NCBI GenBank assembly: GCA_001724265.1
Contig: MEDY01000042.1
Coordinates: 62,001-126,000 of the forward strand
Length of the DNA stretch: 64,000 bases
Direction of reading: 5' to 3'
Origin: Rhizaria sp. SCN 62-66
Taxonomy: Eukaryota
The notes below the pieces were generated by a model that was not told the DNA's origin, did not search any database, and saw nothing but the letters and a program-made list of their open reading frames with translations. Position 1 is the first letter of the stretch; each line of letters opens with the position of its first letter. Positions 50,301-62,080 of the stretch are shown here, one piece after another. The position numbers were made by a program, and so were the translations under genes.

Positions 50301-53300
50301 TCCCCGTCGTTGCCGAGAGCGAGGGCGAGAGCGAGGATGCCCGCGTCACTCTGCTCGGCAGCACTGCCACGGCCCCGCCCGGCGCTGCTGTGCTCGCATC
50401 ATTGCTCGCGCCCACAGGCGGTGCCGACGCCGCCTCAGCCGCCGCCGTTGCCGCGGCCCCGCTCTGGCGCCTGCTGCCGCCCCGCCTGCAGTCGTGGACC
50501 GCGGCCCTCGCTGCCGTGCCGCTGAGCATCGCGCCCACGCACCGCTGCCGCGTCAGCGTGCACAGCGGCCTCAGCACACACTCGTGCGACGGCTGCCGCA
50601 CCGACTCCGCGAACGTCATGCGGCGCTGCGCCGTGCACGACTTTGACTACTGTCTTGCTTGCACCGGCTCGTCGACCGAGGGCGCAGCGTACGCGCAGGA
50701 GTGGGAGGACCTGCGCCTCAACATCGCGCTCGCTCTCAACGGCGCGATGCTCTCCGCCGCGGCCGGCGCGTCCTCGGCTGTTGCGGCCCCGCTGCTCCGC
50801 GCTGACGCTGGCAGTTCGTTGTCGGCGTCCGCGGCGACGGCAGCCGCGCTGGTCGCCGCGCTGCCGCTGACAGCGACGGTCGTGCTCGCGGTCGCCGACC
50901 CGCGCCGCGTGCGTCTGTCTGCGGCGCCGCTCATCGCGCTGGGCCCGCGCTCCCGCGTTGGCGCGCGCGCTCTGCACGCGCTGCTGCGTCCGCGTCTTGG
51001 CGCTGTGGCGCATGCGATGGTCAGTGAGTACGCCGTCGCCAACGCACTCGCCGCGCCCGTCACGCCCTTCACGCCGTTCGGACTCGCCAGCCCGCGTGCC
51101 GACGCCTCTAGCGGCGCGGTGTCACCCCTGGGCAGTGCTGGCAGCGCTGACAGTGAGGCTGTGGCCGTGCCTTGGTCCGAGCTGCAGGACCTGTGGGGCG
51201 ACGCGCTGCTCAACCCCGACGCGTGTGCGCAGGCTGACGCTAAGCTGCTCGGGCTGTCGCACTCGGCGGGCGCGCAGAAGGCGGTCGTGCGTCTCGCGCT
51301 TGAGACGCTCGACTGGGGCGTTGCGAGTAACTCCCCTGTTACTGCGAACAGCAAGAGCTCGCTCTCCAGCACTCACGTCTCTGAGGTTGATGAGACCGAC
51401 GAGTCCGACAACGATAACATTAACGACGACCGCGATGACGATGAGGACGATGATGAAGACGACGACGTCGCTATCGCGCGCCACATCGACCGGTCCACCG
51501 CCTCCGCCTCCGCGCGCGACAGCAGCGAAGAAGGCACACAGCTCTTGCTCCGCGCCGCGCGCGACGGCGGCGTCACCCGCAGTCTTACAGCCGCCGACAT
51601 CGCCGCAGTGCTCACGTCCGAGCTCGGCCCCGCGTCTGCGCCCAACAGCCGGTTCGCGTTCGGGCTCGCGCGCTGGCTCTCGGACCACGGCCGCGACGTC
51701 ACCGCGCGCTCCGTCGCCCCGCGCTCGCTCGCCCTCGCGCTGTCGCTGCTGCGCCCCGCGGCCGCGCTTGCGGACTCGACGACCACCAGCGCCGTGTTGC
51801 TGCCGACCGCGGCGCAGATCAACAGCGCGGTTGCGCGCCGCGCTCACACCACGGCCTCGCGCGGCCTGCTCGGGGCCGACGGCGCCGGCGCCATGGCCGA
51901 CATGGACCTGATGCAGGAGGGTGACGGCGACGACGGCACGGGCAACGCGGTGGACAACCCCGCCGAGAGCGCTGACGTGACGCGCGCTGAGGCTGAGAGC
52001 GAGCTCAAGCTTCCGCCTGCGCAGCTCACGACACCGCTCACAGTCGCCGAAGTCGCGGCTACGGACGCCTCCGCCGCGGCCGCCATCGCCGCGGCCGCCG
52101 CGACTGTCACCACCGCTGCGACCTTGGCGACGCGTGACCGCGCGACACTGGCGTTACGGCTCCGTTTCGCGGTGCTACGCCGCGTCAACACGCTCGTCGC
52201 ACGGCTGCTGCCGACCGTCGACCTCCGTGCCGCCGCACAGGCCGGCTCGCTGGCCGCCACGATCGTCGCCGCACACGCGCGCACGGGCGTTCTGTTCCCG
52301 TCCCCCCTTCGCGGCTACGTCGACCGGGTGCTGGCTGCCGTCGCCGTCCCGCTCGTCGCGCCTGCACCGCCCGAGATCAAGGTCGACCGTCTCGCTATCG
52401 CCGTGCGCGCGCAACGCGGCGATGCAGTGTCGATCTACAGCGACTCGCAGCTTGCAGCCGCGTTCCGCGAGCTGTTTGAGCGCGATCCAGCGCACCTGAA
52501 AACTGCGCGCCCCGTCGGTGACCCGCATTTGGCGTTCCACGTCCGCTTCGAGCGCGAGCTCGTGCTCGGTGTCGCGGGCCCGTACCGCCAGTTCATGTCC
52601 GACCTCGCGCGTGAGATCACCGACGGCGCGTTCCCCGACGCCGCGGAGCTCTTTGCGCGCTGCCCCAACGCCGTGGCCAAGGTCGGCGACAACCGCGACA
52701 AGTGGATGCCGCCTGTGCGCCTGCAGGACTGCGCGTACGCGCTCTCCGCGCCCGAGCAAGACTTTGCTGTCGATGGCGGCGGCGACGAGGAGGAAGAGCA
52801 CGAGAGCGACGACGGCACCGTCGCCGTCTCCGACTCGGACGCCGCGCACTCTGCGGCTGTCAGCGGCAACAGCGCGAGCGTGCTGGCGCGCCGCAGCGGT
52901 CAGATGCTCGAGTTCATCGGTATCCTCTTCGGCGTCTGTCTCCGCACAGGTGTGCGCTTCCCGCTGCGCCTCGTGCCCGTGTTCTGGAAGACTCTCGTCG
53001 GCGCTTCCGTCACGCCGGCTGACTTGGCTGCCGTCGACATTGTACTCTACAATCAAACCTACGGTGCCGCTGTCTCTGCACCCGCCAACGACGCCAATGG
53101 CCGTGGCGGTGCTGCGGCGCTTGGCTTTGATCTCCAGGCCGCGTTCGGCCCAGGCTCTGCGTTCGCGGCTAACGTCGACGCCGTGCGCCGCGGGCTCGCC
53201 CGCATTGTGCCGCTGCAGATGCTCGCGCTGATGGACTGGCGCGCCGTGGAGACCGCGGTGTGCGGCGTCGACACCATCGACATAGACATGCTGCGTCGCC

Positions 53301-53719
53301 ACACGCACTACGCCGAGGGCATCTCCCCGCGCTCGCAGCACGTGGCGTGGATGTGGGAAGTGTTGACCGAGATGGACCAGTCGGCGCGCCAGCAGTTCAT
53401 TCGCTTCGCGTGGGCGCAGGACTCGATCCCAGCCACGGACGCCGAGTGGACGCAGCTCGGTGCGCGCATGCTGCTCAAGCCCTCGCTCAAGGCCGTCGAG
53501 GCCCCGCCCGCGCGCGAGAGTGACGCCGACCTAGCGCCGCTGCCGCGCGCCGACACTTGCTTCTTCAACGTCGAACTGCCGAGCTACCACACCAAGGCGC
53601 AGCTCAAGCGCAAGCTTCTGTATGCCATCGCGTCGGGCTCATCGATGAACGCCGATGAGGTGCATCAGGAGGATGACGATGGTGGGTTCTTCCGCGCACT
53701 CTTCCGTCGCAGGCGTTAA
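24959..53719 (+). CDS. Giant intronless HECT E3 ubiquitin ligase, 9586 aa
   Basis: Single 28.8-kb open frame from ATG 24959. C-terminal HECT (AFHVRFERELVLGVAGPYRQF...FIRFAWAQDSIP...LPRADTCFFNVELPSYHTKAQLKRKLLYAI; catalytic Cys codon 53558-53560). Also SPRY, RanBP2-type Zn finger, ZZ-like finger and HECTD1-like beta-sandwich motifs. Stop TAA. Confidence 0.93.
38351..38392 (+). repeat. (GAC)n trinucleotide run encoding poly-Asp inside the HECT ORF
   Basis: GAC x3, GAA, GAC x10, within a longer acidic block. Confidence 0.85.
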
Positions 53720-54358
53720 GTTAGGCGCACCGCCAGCGCATATTTACAACGGTTGTTTATGACTTTGGATGATATTTAGTTTATTTTGTTTAAGCGTTGA
53801 TAATAATCTGTTTCTCGTGTTATAAGCTTTTCTTTCATCGTGTATATGTTTGTCTACTTGTATTTCGAATCTTTAGTGATACAAAGTCCATTTTATGCAT
53901 TAACGAAAACATTAACGAAAGCATTATCCCTCCTAGCAGGATGTCACCAGGGTGCAAAGTCAAGAAAATGTTGTGAATCTATATTATTAAATGTTGTCGC
54001 TTTTCTGAATGTATTGCTTTTATGATAAAATAGCTTGTTACGTCGCATTTGTGTATTCATGAGTGTCATTTGGCCGAGACAGCAGTGCTTCAAGTGAGCT
54101 CACACGAACGCAAAAAGCTTAACAACTCTGAGAGTCGGTCCCTTAATGTACATGATCGCAGTAACAAATGCTATCAAGCTGGCGGTAGTCCCAGTCATCA
54201 CTGGAGTGGCCTGCCTAACGAGTCCGAATAATAAATAAGACCACCTCACATCACAACTTTGCAAGAGCCTCGATCAATATCTCTTGTCCTCAGCAGTATC
54301 TGCACCGGCACTCGCAGCCACAGTATCCCCGCTCGCAGCCTCCGTACTCTTGTCCATA

Positions 54359-55129
54359 TCACTTGCTCACACTCGCAGCTGGGACTGTTGCTGCTGTGGC
54401 AGCTGTGGAGGCGGCTTGCTTTGCCGCGGCGACCTCCCGCGGGTCCACATAAGCCACCTCGCCTTCCGCCTCAGCCTCCGCGCGCGCCGCCGCAGCGTCC
54501 GCAAGCGAGCCGGGCGTGCCTGCGGCCGCGGCGGCGGCAGCGGCGTCGACAATCGTCCCCTTGCGCGGGACTGTGAGCGAGAGCCCGGTACTCTCGGGCC
54601 ACAGGTACCCGACAACGGGGTACTTGCTGATGAACTTGGACGTCCACTGCAGCAGCGTCTTGTGCTCCTTCGCGGTGATGGCAGAGATATCAGTTGTGGT
54701 GTCGGTCAGGGACATGGTGGCGAGAGCGCGGGAGGAATCGCGGCCCGCGAAGTCCTTGTACCCGCCGCGGCGGCCTGCGATGTAGCAACACAAAATAGAC
54801 GCACGCGGAAGTGAGCGCGCAATAGATACATACAAGTAAAAATAGACGGTATGCGCATAAAGGGAATTTTGTTGGAACGTACCGTAGAACTCAGGAGCGG
54901 ACGAGACGTCAAAGACGAGAACGGCGCGGTGGACTGAGGAGTAGGAGGCTAGCCAGAGGACGCTGGTGGCGCGGCGCTTAGCGAGCTCTTGTGGGGAGAT
55001 TGCGCGCTCGGAGAGGTCAATAACGGGCGGTAATGTTTTCGTGCTCGAGGCGTAAAGAGCCAAGATAAAGCCACCAATAAGGGTCATTGCGCCGACGAGG
55101 GCGGTCACAACCTGAGCGACGTCCGGCAT
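54359..55129 (-). CDS. MAPR-family (PGRMC/Dap1-like) cytochrome b5-like heme/steroid-binding protein; exons 55129-54883, 54774-54359 (220 aa)
   Basis: N-terminal TM anchor. After removing the 108-nt phase-1 intron (G|gtacgt...cgcag|GC): VFDVSSAPEFYG|RRGGYKDFAGRDSSRALATM...QWTSKFISKYPVVGYL, the MAPR signature. Stop TGA. Confidence 0.9.
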   Translation of the reverse strand: MPDVAQVVTALVGAMTLIGGFILALYASSTKTLPPVIDLSERAISPQELAKRRATSVLWLASYSSVHRAVLVFDVSSAPEFYGTFQQNSLYAHTVYFYLYVSIARSLPRASILCCYIAGRRGGYKDFAGRDSSRALATMSLTDTTTDISAITAKEHKTLLQWTSKFISKYPVVGYLWPESTGLSLTVPRKGTIVDAAAAAAAAGTPGSLADAAAARAEAEAEGEVAYVDPREVAAAKQAASTAATAATVPAASVSK

Positions 55130-56338
55130 GACAAAACCTGCGAGATATGCATAAATGAAGATACTTTGTGGGTCATCGATTTAGTATAATATAGCATATC
55201 CAATATAATGTAACATGTGTAGCACCTATAGTGGTTGACGATCAATTGGTTGTGCGGCATGTTGGCTCGTTCAGGAGACCAATTGACCCCTTGCCCTCGA
55301 CCACAACCGTCATCATCGCTGGATGAGACGAAATTGTGACTAAACAAGATATTTCTCGATGGCGTATTCATACATCATCTTCGAATCAAGATATATTAAT
55401 CTATCTGTTTTAAAAAATAACACGGCGAGTTTCTAGTTATAATTCTGCATATTCGCCTTCGATATGGTCCGCGAACGACGTTGCGTGGGCCTTGTGCTAA
55501 CCGAGATGCGCCACTCATGCACTAAAAATGCAAACGAGCCGTACGTAGCACCGTGCAAGCATGTCGCGTTAAAGAAACACATTTAACGATGCTGACGTTA
55601 GTTCCCACAACTCAGCTAGTTGGCTTTGTGCAGAAATGTGACTTGAATGATCTTCAAGTCATGTTATGGCTGTGAATGTCTTGGAATAACACCAGATAGC
55701 GTATTATTTCGCTTTCGAACTCTGTTAATAACGTATTAGTCATAAATTTTGTTTTAATTAATCGATGCCAATATATCATGATCAGTATATCTTCTCTACT
55801 TGTTTGTCTCTGCGCGTAAATTATTTCCTGTCTGAAAAATGAAGCACGGGCTAACAATATTTGACGTTGACGAAAACGCGCATATACATGTTGGGCAAAA
55901 TAAGCACGCAATATTCAAATGTATAAAATGTCAATATGAATAAATACAATGGTTTATTGCGCAGTGTTTTTATTTACGCAAGAAGATGTGATTGAATCGT
56001 CGTCACATAACCAGTTCTGGAGCTGACAAACCAAACGGAAGACATCGAATGCATTTGAGGATACATTGAGGATATGAATATGTTATAACCTTTGTATACA
56101 AGATTATGTTCTAAAATGCTAACTTATTTCTTTCTCTTTTTGATATTCCGCAACAGTACGCTGCACTGCAACAGACACCAAGGTCATTGTTGCATCATAC
56201 ACCGTTGACTAGCACACAAAACTGACCACCAACCACACTCCAATACCTGCTTAAATTACACTAAACTCCTTCCATTAAACGCGCTCGCTCTTACCCACAC
56301 GCAACAAGCCGACCGACTATTCACGTGATTCAGCGTGC

Positions 56339-59300
56339 TCACATGATGTCGAGCTTGAGGCGGGGCATGACGTTCATCGCCTGCAGCTCCTGGAACAGCA
56401 GCTTGCACGCGTACGGCAAGCGGATCGACACGAGCTGGCCACCGGCCTGGCAGTAATGGCACCAGTTATCGTAACCCAACAGACCGCAGTCCTTGCAGAC
56501 GTGCACGGGGAACGCGTCGGAAGACATGAGCAGACGCTCTTGCAGCATCGCCGATGCACCGTAGCCGATTAAGCAATCGCGCTCCATTTCACCGAGACGC
56601 AGACCACCGTCGCGCGAGCGGCCTTCCGTGGGCTGGCGCGTCAGCACGGCGCGAGGACCGCGGGAGCGGGCGTGCATCTTGTCCATGACCATGTGCTTGA
56701 GCTTCTGGTAGTAGATGGGGCCCGCGAAGACGAACGCAGACAGGGGCTCGCCAGTGATACCGCAGGTGAGGATGTCCTTGCCAGAGTAGGTGTAGCCCTT
56801 GTCGACGAGGATCTGGCTCACTGCCGTCACCTTGTCGCCGCCGAACGCCGTGCCGTACTTGAACGAACCCTGTTGGTGCGTAAAAAAATTATCAAAAAGA
56901 AAAAAGCCAGTGAGATACATATTGATATGTTATAATTGTGAATTTACGTATTATATCCCGAATTAAACAATTATTGCTAAATTACACGATATTATATATT
57001 ATATTTCATCAAAACAAGAGTTATTTGCACATATATGGCGTAATTTACGTACCTGAAGGACACCAGCCTTGCCGGCAAGGAGCTCAATCATCTTACCGAC
57101 AGTCATACGAGAGGGGAAACCGTGGGGGTTCATGACGAGGTCGGGATACAACCCGCGGTCCGAGAACGGCAGGTCCTCCTGCTCGACGATGATACCGCAC
57201 ACGCCCTTCTGACCGTGACGCGAGGAGAACTTGTCACCGAGCTCGGGGCGACGCGTGGACCGCATGAGGACCTTAACTAGCAGTGTATCGTTCTCGTTCG
57301 ACGAGAGGAGCACCTTGTCGACGTACGCGTACTGCGGGCCCTTGTACGACAGCGCGGCGGGGCGGTACTCCGAATCAGGCAGCGCATTGACGTTGGACAA
57401 CGTATCAGACGTGTTCTTGGGCATCTGCTTGTTGACCAGGATGTCTCCGGGCTCGATCTTGGCGCTGACGTGCGCGATGCCGTCGCGGTCGAGTCCGTTG
57501 TATTTGCGGTAATGAGCCGATGCGCGCATCGTAGCATCCATCTCGGGCGGGCACACGACGCGGTCGAGCGTCTGATTCGCATAGTGCTTCATCGACACGA
57601 CGTTCTTGCGCAGAACCTGGCACATGCCGAAGCCGCGGTCGAGCGAGGCCTTGTTGAGCACGATGGCGTCTTCGATATCATACCCAGAGTAGGACATGAC
57701 GAAGACGGACGCGTTTTGACCGGCGGGGAGCTTGTCAAACCCGACCATTTCGATCGTGTGGGACTGCACCATGGGCCGCTGCGGGTAGCAGAGCAGGTAC
57801 AGCAGCGTGTCGATGCGGTTGAGCTGGTTGTGTGCGATAGAACCGATGGCCTGCTTACCCATGGCACACTGGTAAGTGTTGCGGGGCGACTGGTTGTGGT
57901 GTGGGTAGGGAATCAGACCGGCGACGACGCCGAGGATGGTCATGGGGTCGACTTCGAGGTGCGTGGTCGCGGGCTGGATGTCCTTCTCACGGAGCGCGAT
58001 GAGCGTGTTGTTCTCTTCGTTCACGTCGATGTACTCGACGAGGCCGTCCGCGAGAAACGAGTCGAAGTTGCGGAGCCCCTGGTTGAGCTCACTGAGGTGC
58101 TTCGTCGTAATGCGCGGCACGCCGTTCTCGACGATGATGAGCGGGCGCGTCACACGGCCGCCGTCAGTCGCGATGTAGATCACGCGCTGCTCTTCGTTGA
58201 CGTAGATGGACACGAACACGGGCAGCATGCCCGCGCGGCGGAGAGTGCGGAAGTCGCGCGCGAACTGTGTCGGGTTCTGGTGCACGCCGTAGACCGTACC
58301 GTTGATGACAACGAGAAAAACGGACTTGTGCGCGAGCTCTTCACCGGTCATGAGCTCAGAGTCCTCGACGCCGAGGTTGAAGGCCAGGCGAGCCACGGGC
58401 AGCTCACGGTCGTCGGTGGTGACGTGGGTCAACAGCGCGAGGTTCTTGACGAGACCGCATGACTCGCCTTCGGGAGTGTCGGACGGACACAGCATGCCCC
58501 ACTGCGACGCCTGTAGTGAACGCGGACCGGAGACCTTGCGCGTCTTCTCGAACTGGGAGGTGATGCGCGTCACCATGCCGAGTGCGGCGATGAAAGAGAG
58601 ACGGGAGAGGACTTGGGTAACGCCGGCACGCTCCATGTGGAAACGCTTGACGTTCCAGTTGCCTGTCGCGATCGAGTTTACCAGGCCGTTCGTGATCGTG
58701 TCCTTTAAGAGAGCAAAACAAAGGACGGCGAAAAAAGACAAAAGTGAGGATATAGAGCGTACATAAACAATTTTCAGCGTTGATTTCGCGACAACGAGTG
58801 GATATTGCAGAGTAATGTCGATAGAGCAAACTTGAGCTTGAGAAAATTGAATATACGAGCGCAATGTTGCGATGAAAGAGAGAGTAGTGAAGCGTGATAA
58901 AGCGTACCTGGCGGATGGCCTTGAGGACATCGAACTGCTCCGCCCTGTTTTGCTTCTCCAGCACACTGTCCGCGTACTTACGGAGCTCGGTGTTGAAACG
59001 CTTGAACAGGTCTTCGAAGAGAAGCGAGAGCAGCTGACCAGCCAGCTCGAGACGCTTGTTACCGTAGTAATCCTTATCGTCGACGAGCTTGGGGTCACGC
59101 ACGGCCATGAGTACGCGGCGCACCATGAGCGCGAGGTACACGGTCTTGGCGTGGAAGTTGTAGTTGAGCACGGGGATGTGGGAGCACACAAGGGACGCGA
59201 GAGTGTCGCGGGCTTGGTCGGAGCGAGACTTGGTGGGCTTGCGCATGGGGCCGCTGCCGCTGAACTGAGTGCGGTTGCGGGAGATGCGGATCTTGCTGCC

Positions 59301-60374
59301 GATCCAGTCGAGCGCCTGCAAAATGATTACAAAACGGAGAACCAAAGAGAATTCGTGTGAGAAGTAAAAAGTAGGTGTGAGAACACGAAATCACACTAGA
59401 ATACAACGACAAAATCCCATGAAATGTGCAGTTAGAGTCACATCAGAGCGTATATGCCCTTGAAAGTGGAATGTTTGGCGTACCTGGCTCTCGGTCATGA
59501 GATCGAGCTTCGAGCACTCATCAAGCGAAGGCGCAAGCAGGTCCAGATACTGCGAGCCCACAAGCTGCACGATCGCCTGGTCACTGCCAGCGCCCATGGC
59601 CTTAAACACGGCCGTGATGGGGATGTCCTCCGTGAAGGAGTTGTGGTGCATGTAAACCTTACCGGCCTTGCAGTAGAGGTTCGTCTTAGACTTGCGCTCA
59701 CGGGAGGAGGTGACCGAGGCACAGATCTGGTGCTTCTTGTCGACTTCCACGATGATACGGTTCTTCGACAGCTGCTCCTGAATGAGAATCACCTTCTCGA
59801 CGCCCTTTACGATAAAATAACCTCCGGGGTCGTACATGCACTCGTTGATGGCGGCCAGCTCGCTCTCAGTCTTGCCTTGGAGAACGCAATGCGAAGACCG
59901 CAGCATGATCGGCAGACGGCCAATGGGGACGGCGTTCTGGCGCACGATCTGCTGTCCGTGCACGTACTCGACGTCGACGAGGATCTGCGCAGAGTAGGTC
60001 ATGTCGCGGAGACGGCACTCTTGCGGGGTGACGGACCGGTTGTTGGCGTCCTTTTCGGCGACGGTGGGGCCGCCGATGTAGATGTCGTTGTACTGGAAGT
60101 ACCAGTTGGGCTTCTTGTCGGACGTGATGCGCTGGTTCGCCATCATGATCTGCTTGATCTCGGTCTTGATGAAGTAGTTGTACGAGTCGATGTGTTGGCG
60201 CACTAGGCCCTTGAGCTTGAGGAAGGCGGGAAGCAGCTTCCACTTCTCTTCGAGAGACTTGACGGGCTTGACCAGCTCGTCACGGGAGCAGTCGCCCCAG
60301 AGTTCGCGGAGGTAGGCCGTGATCTCGATGTCGTCGTCGACACCGGCGCCATCGTTGTGGTGGACGTCAGCCAT
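56339..60374 (-). CDS. RPC2: RNA polymerase III second-largest subunit; exons 60374-59484, 59315-58908, 58702-57053, 56869-56339 (1159 aa)
   Basis: [117 protein letters not shown] and [15 protein letters not shown] are Pol III-type motifs. Three phase-0 introns restore the frame. Stop TGA. Confidence 0.97.
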
Positions 60375-60988
60375 ACTGCTTTGCTGCTGCTGAGAGTCTG
60401 GGAAGACTTCAGAGACTGAGGCGGAGGCAGAGACGCGTGCCGAGGGCACTGGTCAATGGAAAGCTACGTGCAAACGACGCCCTAGTGCGGGAAGAGCGTC
60501 GTGGGACGAACGTGGAAAAAGAAGCGGTTGCGCGCAGCGCCAGAACGCCCGTTCTGCGGTAAGAAAGGCGAAGGACTGGGTTGGCTTCGGAACGGGCAGC
60601 GCACTGGGGTATCCGGTGCGATGAACTCCGAACTGTTAGCAACAAAAACAACAAATACAAATAATATACGATTAGACAGGTTCGGGATAGAATACACACA
60701 TTTAAGCACGGTGTCTAGCGCTCTCTACCAGTCAGCTTTCGCACGGTCCTGAGCCGAACCGAGCGCACAACCACAAAAGCAATTTGGCTTTTTTCGACCC
60801 CCGTGCATATCCGAGACCGAATTACCACAAAGGCTCTCATGGTTGCTTTCTACGAGCATGAGTGATATAGTCTTCGATAAATTGTGTATTTCCAATAAAA
60901 TCAAGTACTTCATGGCCAGTTTCAAAGATATACACGACATTTATAGTCAATAGCAAAGATGTGCTGCGCCAAAGCTTGTGTTTGGCGC

Positions 60989-62080
60989 TCAGTCCTCTTT
61001 GGCAGAAGCCTCGGCAGGCAAGTCAAAGTAGTCCCGCGTGGCCGGCACAATGGCCGCGCCATCCCACGGCGGCAGCGGGGCCGGCGCCGCGGCCACGGGG
61101 GCCGGCGCGGAGACAATTGAGGAGAAGAATGAACCGAGCTTGCCCGCGATTGTGGTCGGGGGAGCCATCTCCTCAAGCTAAAACAGTGCACAAAAACAAA
61201 ACAGAACAATACAAAAGTACAGAAGACGTAAGAGAGTGTTAAAATAGCCATTCATATAACAGATCGCCGTGATTAGTAGACATATATCATACATACCTGA
61301 GTAGCACGGTTGTCGGCGAGCTTGAGAGCGAGCTCGTAGTTAGTGAGAAGGGACTGAATACGGTCGAGTTTAGCGAAAACAACCTCCATATCAGCCGCAG
61401 TGGCGCGCTAGAAAAAGCACATATCGAAGGAAAACAAACGTAGTCGTGTTAGGCAACCAATACGACACAGTTATTTAGAAATAATTTAGTTTGAAGCTGT
61501 TATTTTGTGGAGATATAATCGATTTCGTAGACGAACGTACGAGATCAGGAACAGTCGTGGTAGCCGCGTCTTTGCGCGCAGTGCCAACCTAGACAAACAC
61601 AAAACAAACAAAGAAGACAATATAAGTCACCTTCACTAGCAGTAAACAATATAGCAGAAGTGAAATAGACGTAAAGATTGAGGCATATATGGAATATGCG
61701 TGTTGAACGTACTGCGTGAATCATCGCATTGAGCTCGTCAACCTTGATGTTGTGCGCCTTGATGACAGCATTAAGTTTCAAAACCTACAAAAACAAAAAG
61801 ATTTGTTCAGAAACAGAAGTAAGCCCATTGGCATTCTATGGTGATGTTACGAGGAGCAATCTTGACGCAAAGACGCGTTGCTGGAGACGTGGGTTGAGAT
61901 GAGGAGAGGGAGACGTACGTGCGCCTCAGCGTCGGGGCCAGTCTTAATCTCCTGTGCAAGCTCAACAAGCTGGCTGACGGTCTTGGCGGACGCGTCGATA
62001 ATCGGGACGTGCTGGTTCAGACGCGACTCGGTGGCAGTGGGAGCCTGCTCAGCGGTCGCAGCGAGGGTGGGGGAGCTCAT
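60989..62080 (-). CDS. BLOC-1 subunit 4 (cappuccino/BLOS4)-like coiled-coil protein; exons 62080-61919, 61784-61713, 61588-61541, 61407-61297, 61177-60989 (193 aa)
   Basis: Four GT(AC/AT)GT...TAG phase-0 introns give a clean ORF: ...KVDELNAMIHAV...DMEVVFAKLDRIQSLLTNYELALKLADNRATQLEE...KLGSFFSSI...PWDGAAIVPATRDYF. The F.KLDR helix and C-terminal T.DYF recall the cappuccino family (from memory). Gene structure is more certain than the family call. Stop TGA. Confidence 0.65.

Noticed and set aside
24841-53568. Numerous long antisense and alternate-frame ORFs overlapping the HECT gene and other genes (up to 621 aa)
   Set aside because: Expected shadows of GC-rich, GCN-rich coding sequence; none has recognisable domains.
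55130-56338. 1.2-kb AT-rich spacer examined for tRNA, snRNA or small genes (including a suppressor tRNA-CUA)
   Set aside because: No cloverleaf, A/B boxes or snRNA motifs recognised, and the short ORFs have non-coding composition.
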